Assembly (NCBI RefSeq): GCF_001194135.2
Contig: NC_069002.1
Span: 33,051,407-33,086,592 of the forward strand
Origin: Octopus bimaculoides
Taxonomy: Eukaryota
DNA: 35,186 nt
Reading direction: 5' to 3'
The notes beneath the pieces are model-generated. The model made no database searches. It saw only the letters and a program-made list of their open reading frames with translations, and was not told the origin of the DNA. Shown here in pieces: positions 22,951-35,186 of this stretch; the stretch's first letter is position 1; each line of letters begins with the position of its first letter. The position numbers were made by a program, and so were the translations under genes.

Positions 22951-23676
22951 AAAAAAAAGTTGAAAACTAATTAGTTAAGTTCTGAAATTGTTAGCGAAAA
23001 TATGCTGTTTTTTTTTTCAGACAAGTTTATAAATTAGAGGAAATAAACAAAAAGGAAAAAAGAAAAAAAATCACTTAAAGCAAATGACAACGTTGGCAAA
23101 TATTGCAGTAAACATAAATTTTGCTAGTGTTCGTTGTTATTGTAGTTGTTGTCTTCGCCTGTGGGCGCTTGAAATACGTTCATGATAAATGTAGTTGAAA
23201 CTTCATGACATAGATCGGAACTTATTTTGTTTTTTCATTTTCTATGGAAGTACAGAAGTGTTGTGTTGTAGAAACAAAATCAGTATCGATTTTATTATTT
23301 TTTTTTCAGGCCAGTAATTGTGGCTGAACCTTGAAGCAACATCTATACTACTTCCGGTAGGTGGAGCTTGTGAACGGATTTAGTACAGAATTGATGTGAG
23401 TTGGAGTGCAATTTATGCCATTAAATACGTTAAATAAATGTGTTTTGTATCTAATTCCCGCTATTTCTGTTGGTTGGTGACAAACAGGATGTCATTTGAG
23501 CGCCTTATATTGTGATATCTGACAATCAGACAAGCTTGTAATATCAATCGGACCAATGAGGGAGCAGCTACCTCGAACTAGAAGTGAATGGTAACAATAG
23601 CGACAGTATTGTTTATATGTAGTCACTAATAAGCGGTTTCACTTTAAGAAGACAGGTAGCAGTTTTTAGAGAAGGA

Positions 23677-23814
23677 GAATCTCCCCCGAGAACTACGCTA
23701 TGGGTACACGCGTCTGTGGAGCGCTCAGCCACTTCCACGTTAATTTTACGAGCAGGCTGTTCCGTTGATCGGATCAACTGGAACCCTCGTCGTCGTAACC
23801 AACGGAGCGCCAAC
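23677..23814 (+). mobile_element. 3' tail of SINE family C or its partner LINE (5'-truncated)
   Basis: Highly similar to 34431-34570. Contains the stem-loop GTTCC-GTTGATC-G-GATCAAC-T-GGAAC. Confidence 0.88.
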
Positions 23815-24679
23815 CATATTTATTTACAGTTGCAAGATATTGTGTCTCTGCAGGAAACAGTATACTGTAATCACTGTTTTTCCTAAAACCTCTCCATATT
23901 TGTCTCAAACACACCGCTACATTAACAATAAAGCTATAGGTCATAAGATCATAGTTTTTTTTTTACGTACAACATAGTTGTAAAATTGGAGCGATTTCTC
24001 CAATTTCAGCTTCACCTCCCACAGAGCAGCAACACGGTTTTCCTTTCTGTACGATGTTCTAACATTCTTCACGTTCCTTCGAAGAAGTAACAAGGTGAAT
24101 CTAAGTGTGTCTTGTGATCGGATTGACCTTTTAGATGTGTCGTTGTTTTCCTTCATCAAAAAGAACACCTAACTCAGAATTGTTGTTTTTTTTTCTTTCA
24201 ACACACAGCAAGTTTGCTGATTAACCAATATTTCCACATGAAATGTAAGGACAAAGATCTCAGTTTTGGAACGAAAATGAAAACAAAAAAGAACAAACAA
24301 AAAGCAAACAAACATACAAAGAAAAAAAGCGTGAATATAAAATATAAAATGAAAATGAATAAAGATAAAATAATTGAAAGATATTAATCAACAATATAAA
24401 GTTTTTCCTTAAACACTAACCTCAACTTCAAATCTATGTTATCAAATTGATCTTCAATTGCTAATACGATATTTCAGAGATGTGTTTCATTCGTTCAGTC
24501 ATCGCAGGTAAAGACTTTTCACCTGCCAAATTAATGTATATCTTATATTATAAACTTTAGAAGCTAGACAGACGCATTCATCTAAAATTAAACATTTTCA
24601 GATGGCATTTTAATCGTTTTATTCATTTATTAATTTGTCACCACCAGACATCGACGTTTTCATAAAAATGCCCACACAT

Positions 24680-24681
24680 GG

Positions 24682-24746
<65 letters not shown>

Positions 24747-25010
24747 CCTACCTACCTACCTACCTACCTACCTACCTACCTAACTACCTACTTACCTACC
24801 TACCTATCTGTCTATCTGTCTATCTTCTTTCTTTTTGCCAGTCTGTCTACCTATCTATTAATGTATCTCTTTATATACATGGGAAAATACGTTTATGTGT
24901 GAGATCCTATGCATGTATATTTGCATCTTTGTCTGTCTGTATGTCTGTCTGTCTGTCTGCCTCTCGGTCTCTCCGTCTTTCCCTCTCTATCTCTCTCTCT
25001 CTCAATGCAC
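24680..25010. repeat. (ATCT)n(ACCT)n(GTCT)n(CT)n compound microsatellite
   Basis: Direct sequence. Confidence 0.95.
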
Positions 25011-25239
25011 ACAAACACACGTAGCTATATGAATGTGTGTGTCCGTATGTAGGCATGTATATATGTGGGAATGTCCAGCTGTCTAATTGTTGTTTATTTC
25101 GCAGTACAACACACACGCGCGCGCGCACGCACACCCACCCACCCAAATACACACACAGTCACCATAATAGCTTATAGCTTAAATGGTTAAATACAATTTA
25201 GTTTAAACACAACGCAGTTTTATAAAAATTCATATACAT

Positions 25240-25940
25240 ATACATACATATACATATATATATATATATATGTAGACGCTCTACATAAGCGACTAAATTT
25301 TGTTATATACATTTCAATTTGGTTTATATAAACTTGTGCGTATCTTACATACATACATATATACGTACATGCATATACACATATATATATATATTGATAT
25401 GTATATTGCTATATNNNNNNNNNNNNNNNNNNNNNNNNNNNNNNNNNNNNNNNNNNNNNNNNNNNNNNNNNNNNNNNNNNNNNNNNNNNNNNNNNNNNNN
25501 NNNNNNNNNNNNNNNNNNNNNNNNNNNNNNNNNNNNNNNNNNNNNNNNNNNNNNNNNNNNNNNNNNNNNNNNNNNNNNNNNNNNNNNNNNNNNNNNNNNN
25601 NNNNNNNNNNNNNNNNNNNNNNNNNNNNNNNNNNNNNNNNNNNNNNNNNNNNNNNNNNNNNNNNNNNNNNNNNNNNNNNNNNNNNNNNNNNNNNNNNNNN
25701 NNNNNNNNNNNNNNNNNNNNNNNNNNNNNNNNNNNNNNNNNNNNNNNNNNNNNNNNNNNNNNNNNNNNNNNNNNNNNNNNNNNNNNNNNNNNNNNNNNNN
25801 NNNNNNNNNNNNNNNNNNNNNNNNNNNNNNNNNNNNNNNNNNNNNNNNNNNNNNNNNNNNNNNNNNNNNNNNNNNNNNNNNNNNNNNNNNNNNNNNNNNN
25901 NNNNNNNNNNNTATATATATATATATATATATATATATGC
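25240..25940. other. AT-rich microsatellites around assembly gap 25415-25911
   Basis: N-run. Confidence 0.97.
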
Positions 25941-26410
25941 ATGTATGTGTCTTTGCGTGTGCGTATGTATATAATTGAATGTTTTCGATATACATTTATG
26001 AAATTAAATATTGATATATACTGGCTTTATGTTTAATTAACTTTTGTACTTCATTACATTAGAATAAACATTACATGCAAAGTAGCCATAGAAGTATGTG
26101 CTGTTACAGAATAATAAATCTTAAAACCTCAGTGAAAATTAAATACCCAGGCACGAACCGAACACGTGTGTCCAGAGAATTTTCTGTATCCAGGGAAATT
26201 TCGGGCATTTTAGCAGAATATTACACGCCTGTTTGAAGTGCGTATGTTTGTATGATTGTGACTACAAGAGTTCATCTTATTCGATGAATACAAATAGATA
26301 TATGTAGATTGATTGATATATAGATAAAGACACAATTAGATAGATAGATACATAGATAGATACTTATTGAATCTGCGGTTTAAATGGCTGGCTGTTTTCG
26401 TTGACATACG

Positions 26411-26464
<54 letters not shown>

Positions 26465-26474
26465 ACAACATATA

Positions 26475-26555
26475 ATGCTTCCAAATCACATGGCTCTAGG
26501 GCCGAACAAATTCTTCTGAGTGGATTTGGTTGGCGGAAACAAACCACGTCGTATA
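26475..26555 (+). mobile_element. SINE family A fragment (internally deleted head/body)
   Basis: GCTTCCAAATCACATGG..AGGGCCGAACAAA..CTTCTGAGTGGATTTGGTTGGCGGAAAC..CGTCGTATA. Confidence 0.65.
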
Positions 26556-26790
26556 TACAGGGTTTTTAAAAGGTCTCTCTGCAGTAAGTATTCTATAACA
26601 AAATAAATATTTATAAGCTGGTATTAGACTACAAAAGAATATATTAGACTTTACAAGAATTTAGAAAACTTTATAAGAGTTGTTTAAATTGTCGTCTTTT
26701 ATGTTCAATACATTGGTGACTCTTCTACACGTTTTGAAATATATTCAGGGAAAGAAATTTACTGCGGGGAGACGTTTTGAACCCCCCATA
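26556..26790. mobile_element. Tc1/mariner-type MITE (231 bp) with TA target duplications
   Basis: Left end TA|CAGGGTTTTTAAAAGGTCTCTCTGCAGTAA. The reverse complement of the right end is TA|TGGGGGGTTCAAAACGTCTCCCCGCAGTAA. They match at 26/34 positions including the flanking TATA. The interior is AT-rich and non-coding. Confidence 0.7.
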
Positions 26791-26819
26791 TATAAATATA
26801 TATATATGGGGGGGGGGGT

Positions 26820-26953
26820 TACATAGACAGACAGACAAACATAAAGACAGACAGATAGAGAGATGAATAGATAGATAGATAGTTAGACAGTCAGACAGAC
26901 AGAAAGACAGATAGATATAGGTAGATTGATTGATAGATAGACAAACAAACAGT

Positions 26954-27008
<55 letters not shown>

Positions 27009-27065
27009 TTAAATACACGGACAGACAGGCAGAAAAAATAGACTGACAGATAGAGAGATAGTTGA

Positions 27066-27096
<31 letters not shown>

Positions 27097-27115
27097 AATA
27101 GGTAGATAGATCTGT
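26820..27115. repeat. (GACA)n/(GATA)n microsatellite
   Basis: Direct sequence. Confidence 0.93.
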
Positions 27116-27612
27116 AATCAACGCCTCGACATGTTAACTAATTTTATTTCGTTCTAACACCTTGACGGCTTTATTAAATTAATTATTATGTTGCACTTGT
27201 GTACTTGTGATTTTTGTAATTTAACTTGGGTTGGTGACAGTAAAACAAAGAGGGAAGTGAGATAGAGAGAGAGTGGGGGGAGATAGAAAGAGAGAGATAG
27301 AGTGACAGACAAACAGTGAGATACAAACAGAATCGACGAAAATGATGAAAAACTGATTGTTATGAACTAGACAGGAGTAATTAGTCGATACAACTGTGTA
27401 AAATTAGAAGAATTTGCTCGAAGCTTGGTGATGGCCGATAATTTCAACTGATATTTTTTAAAGTTGAAATTTGGTGCAAAGGAAAATGTAATTTTAGTTT
27501 GTAAACAGTTCATAATCCGGATATTATACTCAGGCAAGGTTGCATACGCATATATACGCAGTAATCAACAGAAGCGGTACAGGCTTACACGCACATGCGC
27601 TCTCCTCCCCGC

Positions 27613-27645
<33 letters not shown>

Positions 27646-27722
27646 CACTGGAAAATTAGCGAAAACACTGATGGGCTTATGGCTCGAGAAGGATCTTTGA
27701 ACCTTATTTTTTATATGGTGGG

Positions 27723-28039
27723 TGAGAGAGAGAGAGAGAGAGAGAGNNNNNNNNNNNNNNNNNNNNNNNNNNNNNNNNNNNNNNNNNNNNNNNNNNNNNN
27801 NNNNNNNNNNNNNNNNNNNNNNNNNNNNNNNNNNNNNNNNNNNNNNNNNNNNNNNNNNNNNNNNNNNNNNNNNNNNNNNNNNNNNNNNNNNNNNNNNNNN
27901 NNNNNNNNNNNNNNNNNNNNNNNNNNNNNNNNNNNNNNNNNNNNNNNNNNNNNNNNNNNNNNNNNNNNNNNNNNNNNNNNNNNNNNNNNNNNNNNNNNNN
28001 NNNNNNNNNNNNNNNNNNNNNNNNNNNNNNNNNNNNNNN

Positions 28040-28105
<66 letters not shown>
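27723..28105. repeat. (GA)n - gap 27747-28039 - (AC)n
   Basis: Direct sequence. Confidence 0.95.
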
Positions 28106-28107
<2 letters not shown>

Positions 28108-28775
28108 ATACACACAAACACATTGTATCATTGGGCATTCGATAATTGTCATCCACTAAGTTAATTGCTAGCAGTGGAATTATGCAAGATCACGAGAATC
28201 CAAGCCCAGACATTGGCACCATTTGTTATAAAACATGGAGGATGAAACGATTGGTTAACTGACGACCCCTGACATGAAGAATACGTCTTTGGAGAGATAT
28301 TGATTTCTAGAAATTACAGATTACATTTATTTTCACGTTTGAGAAATTAACTCTAATCAACCATGACATCAATAAGGATCAGCTCCTTAAATATATACGA
28401 GTAATTCTGTTGTATCCTTTCATAAACTGATCAGTTGGGTCGGAAGACATGTTAACCCTGGAGTTAGGATCGATTGGATTGTTTCTCTTAAGTTTGCAAG
28501 ACACAGCAGGGCTTTGTTATGATGTAACAGAATTGCCTAAAAGAGGGCGCTCAAGATTGCATTGCATAGTGTTAAATACCAAAACCTTTCATTGTCATCT
28601 GAATATTAATAGAAGGAACAGATATGTCGATATCTATTGCAAAAGAGACTGTCTGATGAGTCTATGAATGATTTAGTCATGTCTCTTAGACATATAGCCA
28701 AATATCTGTTGCCACAAAAGCTTCGACAATCTGGCGATGACTTTAATGTTTCTTGTAGACATATTTCTTAGACAT

Positions 28776-28910
28776 AGGCGAAGATGTGGGTGTAAGGTAA
28801 GAATTTTGCATGATTCCGAGTTCAGTCCTACTAGGCCTGTCTTCTGCTGGAGATAAGGGTCAACGAAAGCCTTGTTAGTGCATTTGATTGATGGAAACTG
28901 AAAGAATCTT
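28776..28910 (+). mobile_element. SINE family A head/body (diverged), followed by (ATCT)n
   Basis: AGGCGAAGATGTGGGTGTAAGGTAAG..CATGATTCCGAGTTCAGTCC..TGTCTTCTGCT..CGAAAGCCTTGTTAGTGCATTTG..GATGGAAACTGAAAGAA. Confidence 0.72.
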
Positions 28911-28911
28911 A

Positions 28912-28912
28912 C

Positions 28913-28980
<68 letters not shown>

Positions 28981-29020
28981 GTCTGTCTGTCTGTCTGTCT
29001 GTTTATCTATCTATCCATTT
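28912..29020. repeat. (ATCT)n(GTCT)n microsatellite
   Basis: Direct sequence. Confidence 0.96.
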
Positions 29021-29163
29021 TTATAAGACAACCAGACAGAAACAACACTTTTGAGATATCCTACAAATCTTCCCTGTGCCACTCATAGAATGGATTCGGA
29101 GTATCTGCGCGACTTTCTTTTGCCCTTCCCTCATAAAACCTAGCATTTCTAAGTTTTTGTGCA

Positions 29164-29233
29164 CATTTCATGGTACATAAGCTAATTTCATGGTACATAA
29201 TTTCATGGTACATTTCATGGTACATAAGCTAAT
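29164..29233. repeat. Short perfect tandem repeat, 4x TTTCATGGTACA core with variable spacers
   Basis: Units of 20, 15, 12 and 20 bp. Confidence 0.92.
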
Positions 29234-30379
29234 GTACCTTTGTTCATAGGTAGAAATGAGAAGTCATTGGCGGGGTATAATATATATATACACAGATAGA
29301 TATATACGTATGTATAAATAGAGGCTGAGATAGATAGACAGATAGATGGATAGATAGACAGACAGAGGGATAGAGAGAAAGAGAGAGGGTGAAAAGGGGA
29401 GAGAGAAAGAGAGATAGATTGACTGTTCGTTATTTGCTCTGATATCTTGGAGGGTTTTTCACTATCGTATTTAACTTTGATGGCGTCGGTGCCTTTGCAG
29501 TGGGTTTCCTTGCTGACGACAACTGAAAAAAAAAACATGTGACATTACAGAGATTCACTACACAAACCCTTTTAATTCTAACGGTTGCACTTACTTTTTG
29601 ACTGAAATCTCTTTCCAGATTCCCAGTTTGATTAGATTATTTTCATATTTCAGATATATATGTATGCATGTATGTATGTATTTATGTATGTATGCATTTA
29701 TGTATGTATGTATTTATGTATGTATGTATTTATGTATAGACTTTTGTGTACTAGTATAGGCATGTATATATATCTTAGAGCTATTAAGTTAGTTGGAAAA
29801 GATCTGCTAGAAACTTTAAAAATAACCTGAGCATATATGGAAAAGTGATGGATGTGGCAACTTTCTTGACATCATAAGAAAAAGTAAACCAACAAGAACA
29901 TATTATGCCCTTTAGAAAATCGTGACAATGCCAAAAAGCAAAACGAAACGAATTTTAAATAAATAAACAGATGAAAATGCTAAATAAATAAATACATTCA
30001 TATAAAAGAAAAAAATCAACAAAAATATATTTTAAAAAATCGAAAGAAAGTGAAGGAGAAAATTAAATAAAATGAAACTAGCGAAACGAACAAAGAATAA
30101 GATATGTTAGATGGAAGAATCAGTTTTTCACGTTTTGCATAAGGAACGAGGCAAGGTGAAAAGAAGAGTGAAAAAAATTCTTGGTTGATGTGGTTTGATG
30201 GTTGTGTTCTTGGTGAACTTGGTCTCTTCACTTGCAGTAGTTTTAATTGTTTGGTTTTTATGGTTGTGTTTGATTTTCTGTTTTCAAGTGATCCTACTTA
30301 ACGCTTATATAGAGTTGCACTCATTCGTACGCATGCGCACGCTAGTAGGGGCGTGCGTAACCAGTAAACAAATATACGT

Positions 30380-30440
30380 GTACGTGCGTCTGTGGGTGTA
30401 TATATATGCGTGCATATGTGATCGTGTTTAAGTACACGTA

Positions 30441-30484
<44 letters not shown>

Positions 30485-30768
30485 TATATATATATACGTG
30501 CATCGTAAAATAAGAAGCAAATATCCGTGTGCGTGTGTACATAGGTGTGTGTGTGTGTGCGTGTGTGCGTGTGCGTATATATATATCTGCACACACACAC
30601 ACATACACACATATATATATATATGTACATAAGTACATAAACATGCATATCTAAACGTACACATGTTTATATATACATGCATATATATATGTGTGTGTGT
30701 GCATGTGTGTGTATAGATGTATATACATGTGCTTGCATATGTATATATGTATAAATAAATCTCTCTCA

Positions 30769-30819
<51 letters not shown>

Positions 30820-30842
30820 TACACATACATATATGTATATCA
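30380..30842. repeat. (AT)/(GT)/(AC) microsatellite cluster
   Basis: Direct sequence. Confidence 0.93.
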
Positions 30843-32313
30843 TGGATTCCTTTGTAGGTATATAATCTGTCATGTACGAGGTCTTCGCAAGAATAAAGGA
30901 GGTAGGTTCATGGCGTGTTATAGACGTTCGGGTTTCAGCCGAGAGTCGGTCTCATTTACAAACAAAATATCCTTGTACATGATTCTACCATATCCATAGC
31001 AACATAACTAAAGAAGCGTGAAGAAGTCACTCGAACCGCAAGGCTTATAGGATTGGACATAAGAAGCAATAATTCTCTCACCGAACAGTGTGTCATTGAC
31101 AAAATGAAGGTTAGTATGAAAGGATGAAATCAAGTGATATTGCCAGGGGCGTATCCTTGAAACTGGGATAATATAAGGGCATCACTATTTCTATTATGAA
31201 ACTAACCGGAATTTAATAATCTTTGTTGTCTTATTCTGAAGAATTTTGCAAACATGAATCTGTCATGTGGCGGGAATCGTTGCTTCCAACATTCCGGTAG
31301 CAGAACGCTCTTTGCCGAAGAAATAAATATGTCTTATTTATTGGGGTTTGTTTACAGTTCCCTTTGTTTGTAGGAGTTCAGTCCTGACAGAAGTAATCTA
31401 TAAACAACGACATAGAGAAAGAAATTATATTGTTCTTGACACAAGTGTTGCATTCTTAGAATCGAAATTTCTAGATGTTCCGGTGTTATTTCGAGGTGTA
31501 TTTGGTTGCTGTTTCATGCAGCATTGGAAAATGCCTTCATGTTTGTGAGAATTCTCCGAAATTTACGAGACTTTAAGAATCTAATGAATAGATTGATCGC
31601 AAACATATGAAACAATTCTGTACGGCATTTTCAATTTGTTTTGCTTTATGCATACATGGACAGCACCCCACTTCCCGAAAACGCATGCACGCACATGCAT
31701 ATAAACGCATACACACAAACATAGATACACATATATATTCATGAATACAAAGGTAGAATGAGGGATAAAGAGACACATATATATATATACACGATCCATT
31801 TTGATCGGAAATTTATTTTCTTCTTTTTTTCTCTCTATTTTTCTTTTTTTTCTCTCGAAAAGAAACGTTCTACATTGTATTTTGTCCCCTCTGTGTTCGG
31901 CCTTGTGTGGCTAATAAAGAATGTTATCTATCTATCTATCTTTCTAGATATCTTTCGATCGATCGATCTATCTATCTACCTATCTACCTCTGTTTATGTA
32001 AACACACATATACATGGGTCAACTAGGTGAAGGGTCCGTGGATATGTCATGCAATACTTGAATTACGGTTTTGAATTCTAGTCTCTGTCGCAGCAGCCGA
32101 ACAGTCTTCATACACCAGTGTATTTGCGTACGAGTGAAATAAATTCTGCAGTTCCAAGAATAATCGGAAAGAGCTGGAGACTAGCACAATAAAGAACAGA
32201 TTAAACAACAGAAAGCGACGGAACACTCTGATGTATAATTCATGGTTTACATAAATCAGGAATTTTCAGACTTGTCTTGCAGAGATCCGTTATCTCAGAC
32301 GCATGTGGTACAT

Positions 32314-32319
<6 letters not shown>

Positions 32320-32358
<39 letters not shown>

Positions 32359-32880
32359 NNNNNNNNNNNNNNNNNNNNNNNNNNNNNNNNNNNNNNNNNN
32401 NNNNNNNNNNNNNNNNNNNNNNNNNNNNNNNNNNNNNNNNNNNNNNNNNNNNNNNNNNNNNNNNNNNNNNNNNNNNNNNNNNNNNNNNNNNNNNNNNNNN
32501 NNNNNNNNNNNNNNNNNNNNNNNNNNNNNNNNNNNNNNNNNNNNNNNNNNNNNNNNNNNNNNNNNNNNNNNNNNNNNNNNNNNNNNNNNNNNNNNNNNNN
32601 NNNNNNNNNNNNNNNNNNNNNNNNNNNNNNNNNNNNNNNNNNNNNNNNNNNNNNNNNNNNNNNNNNNNNNNNNNNNNNNNNNNNNNNNNNNNNNNNNNNN
32701 NNNNNNNNNNNNNNNNNNNNNNNNNNNNNNNNNNNNNNNNNNNNNNNNNNNNNNNNNNNNNNNNNNNNNNNNNNNNNNNNNNNNNNNNNNNNNNNNNNNN
32801 NNNNNNNNNNNNNNNNNNNNNNNNNNNNNNNNNNNNNNNNNNNNNNNNNNNNNNNNNNNNATATATATATATATATATAA
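32320..32880. repeat. (AG)n - gap 32359-32860 - (AT)n
   Basis: Direct sequence. Confidence 0.96.
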
Positions 32881-34185
32881 ACCCAAATGCACATGCTTAT
32901 GTATTACTCTGCGTACATACACATTTAAGCACACGCACAGACCCAAGCTCACACACACACACATACACGTACAACTCTGATTGAAGTTGTAACTTATCAG
33001 AAATATTAAATTCCATACAATAATATTCAGCATGTATGCATTAGCTCACATTCTTAATTAAATTCTATTTCTTTTCTCCCTTCTGGTCTGGTCTGAACGC
33101 AACCCACATCATTAGTAATTTAAACTAAACGTAGATCTTTCTACAAAGGATACATTGAAATGTCTATCAAATATATGAAACGGCCTATTCAGGTTTTGAT
33201 GTGTGCTTTCAATGTGTAGTCACGATTAATTTTAATAGACGATATATATATATTTAGAGATTCTATAAAATTATTATTCCATCTATAATACATGCAGCAC
33301 GTGTGGTTTAGTGGCTATAACCTCTAAGTTCTATTATAAAAGGATCGATAGTTAAAACTAGTTGGGACTTATTTACGTGGTAGCTATTTCAGAAAACATG
33401 TTGTTGGGTCTTATTGAGTAGAACGCTATTTTAATCTCGTTCGATCTCATTCTGCTGCATTGCAATAATAATCGAACATTCTGTCTTGGTAATTTACCCC
33501 CACCACATTCCTTTATAATACAGATGTACAGCAAAGGTATTCATCTATTAAACAAAAGATAAACGCAAGATGAATATCTGTATGTTATTTGATGCTGGCA
33601 GGTATTTCTCCTGGCTCTCTATGTACTGGTTTCATATCCCAGTGAGGCTGTTTTTCTATTCCATCATTTCAGGAAGGAAGTGCACAATGGAAATCAAATA
33701 TCTAAGTCGATTCGTGTCACACCTTGTTTTCTCTCCCTCTTTGTCTGTCTCTGTCTCCCTCCCTCCATTTCACCCTTTTCCCTCTCTTTTTTCCACTGTG
33801 TCTCTCTTTCTCTGACCCTCCACTCCTCTCGTTATCGATTACTTTGCACCCTCTAAAACAGTGATCTCCAAAGGGGTCACTATCGCACTTGAGGCTCCAT
33901 ATCAGATTTTGCTATTAAAATTTGTGCAAGAAACTTGTTATAATTCTGCAATACACAAAATATATTTTAACATTTGTGACTACAATTATATCTAATCGTA
34001 AATAAATAATAGGGTTTTATTTAAACATCAAATCTCTGTGAGATCCATTAGATTAAAATAGAAATCAAGGAGCTCCTTGGACAAAAAATAGTTGATCTCA
34101 AAAGTCAACAGGGACAGAATAGTAACTATCTGAGGAATCTTTTAAGGATAACGCGAGTGTTTATAAAGACATTTTACAGACATAG

Positions 34186-34577
34186 TGTGGAGGCGCAATG
34201 GCCCAGTGGTTAGGGCAGCCGATTCGCGGTAATAAGATCGCGGTTTCGATTCCCAGACCGGGCGTTGTGAGTGTTTATTGAGCGAAAACACCTAAAGCTC
34301 CACGAGGCTCCGGCAGGGGATGGTAGCGAACCCTGCTGTACTCTATCACCACAACTTTCTCTCAGTCTCACTTCCTGTTTCTGTTGTACCTTTAATTCAA
34401 AAGGTCAGCCTTGTCACACTGTGTCACGCTGAATATCCCCGAGAACTACGTTAAGGGTACACGTGTCTGTGGAGTGCTCAGCCACTTCTACGTTAATTTC
34501 ACGATCAGGCTATTCCGTTGATCAGATCAACTGGAACCCTTGACGTCGTAAGCGACGGAGTGCCAACATCAACAAGA
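34186..34577 (+). mobile_element. Full-length tRNA-derived SINE family C with 10-bp TSD
   Basis: A box TGGCCCAGTGG (34199-34209), B box GGTTTCGATTCCC (34242-34254), 3' stem-loop TTCCGTTGATCAGATCAACTGGAA, and (AAC)-like tail. The direct repeat ACAGACATAG flanks it at 34176-34185 and 34578-34587. Confidence 0.92.
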
Positions 34578-35009
34578 ACAGACATAGAGAAAGACTTTTG
34601 ACAGGATCCAAGGAAGACACAAACTGCTGTACAATATAGAATAGAACTAATGAAATAATGATCCCTCGCCTATATTGTCGATAGTCGTTAAGATTCTTTT
34701 TCTCTTTCCTTAGGCCACAGAATACATCAGTTTGAGAAGACTGAAGATGAAAATACTCCAGTGTTGACAAGCACTTATGACATATTTTCGGATATATTTT
34801 GTGCATAATTATATTTTGTATATAACTGAGTGTGTTTTTGCCGATATGTCACGTAAAGAAAGGTAGCACGTAGATAGAATTATTCTGTAATACATATTGG
34901 TCAGGAAATTAAAAGACTAACGTATATAATTGAACGGTAATCGCAGCGTCTAGCTTCCATCTACCCTCCTCTTCCATCTACCATTCTCTTCTCAGTCCTA
35001 CTCCCTGTA

Positions 35010-35150
35010 TACATATACACACACACACACACACACACGCACACACACATATATATATATATAAATTCAGGTATTGACATGTATATATGGATATCTACAC
35101 ACTTACACGCCCATATGTGTGGGTTCAAATGTATGAGTACTTTATATTTA

Positions 35151-35186
<36 letters not shown>
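35010..35186. repeat. (AC)n,(AT)n and terminal (CT)n microsatellites
   Basis: Direct sequence. Confidence 0.93.

Noticed and set aside
28200-28670. Near-open frames (72-aa ORF; minus frame with LLGN..TDQF) possibly from a LINE
   Set aside because: The similarity to RT C-termini is too weak by eye and needs BLASTX.
28646-28685. CTGATGA with flanking GAGAC/GTCTC pairing and GTC (hammerhead-like)
   Set aside because: The essential GAAA and stem III are absent, so it is too incomplete to call.
30990-31560. Possible Penelope/LINE coding relic next to the hammerhead-like motif
   Set aside because: No recognisable RT or GIY-YIG motif appeared in the frames examined.
33859-33880. CAGTGATCTCCAAAGGGG hAT-like left end (also CAGTGGTTCTCA at 20464)
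   Set aside because: No matching right end or 8-bp TSD was found.
34189-34260. tRNA gene
   Set aside because: It has A/B boxes but no cloverleaf acceptor stem or T-run terminator. It continues into a SINE body with a TSD. The same applies to the other SINE heads.

Overview
AT-rich, repeat-saturated eukaryotic non-coding DNA, either intergenic or deep intronic. About 3.0 kb (9%) is assembly gap, in 10 N-runs; nine of these abut (AT)n, (AG)n or (CA)n tracts. The SINE and microsatellite repertoire looks like octopus/cephalopod DNA, but this is recalled resemblance and not database-verified. No host protein-coding gene, tRNA, rRNA or CRISPR array can be supported, and almost all listed ORFs are microsatellite or N artefacts. 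What is supportable: three decayed Tc1/mariner-superfamily transposase relics; a TA-flanked MITE; several heavily decayed RTE-like LINE reverse-transcriptase fragments; three tRNA-derived SINE families, including one full-length copy with a 10-bp TSD; a degenerate minisatellite; and many simple repeats. The most interesting signals are (i) several degenerate minimal hammerhead-ribozyme-like motifs of Penelope type, none intact, (ii) a SINE family with an internal microsatellite that appears to seed large simple-repeat tracts, (iii) a LINE RT fragment captured inside a SINE, and (iv) a near-perfect 21-bp hairpin that arose inside a SINE tail. I found no convincing novel intact system.
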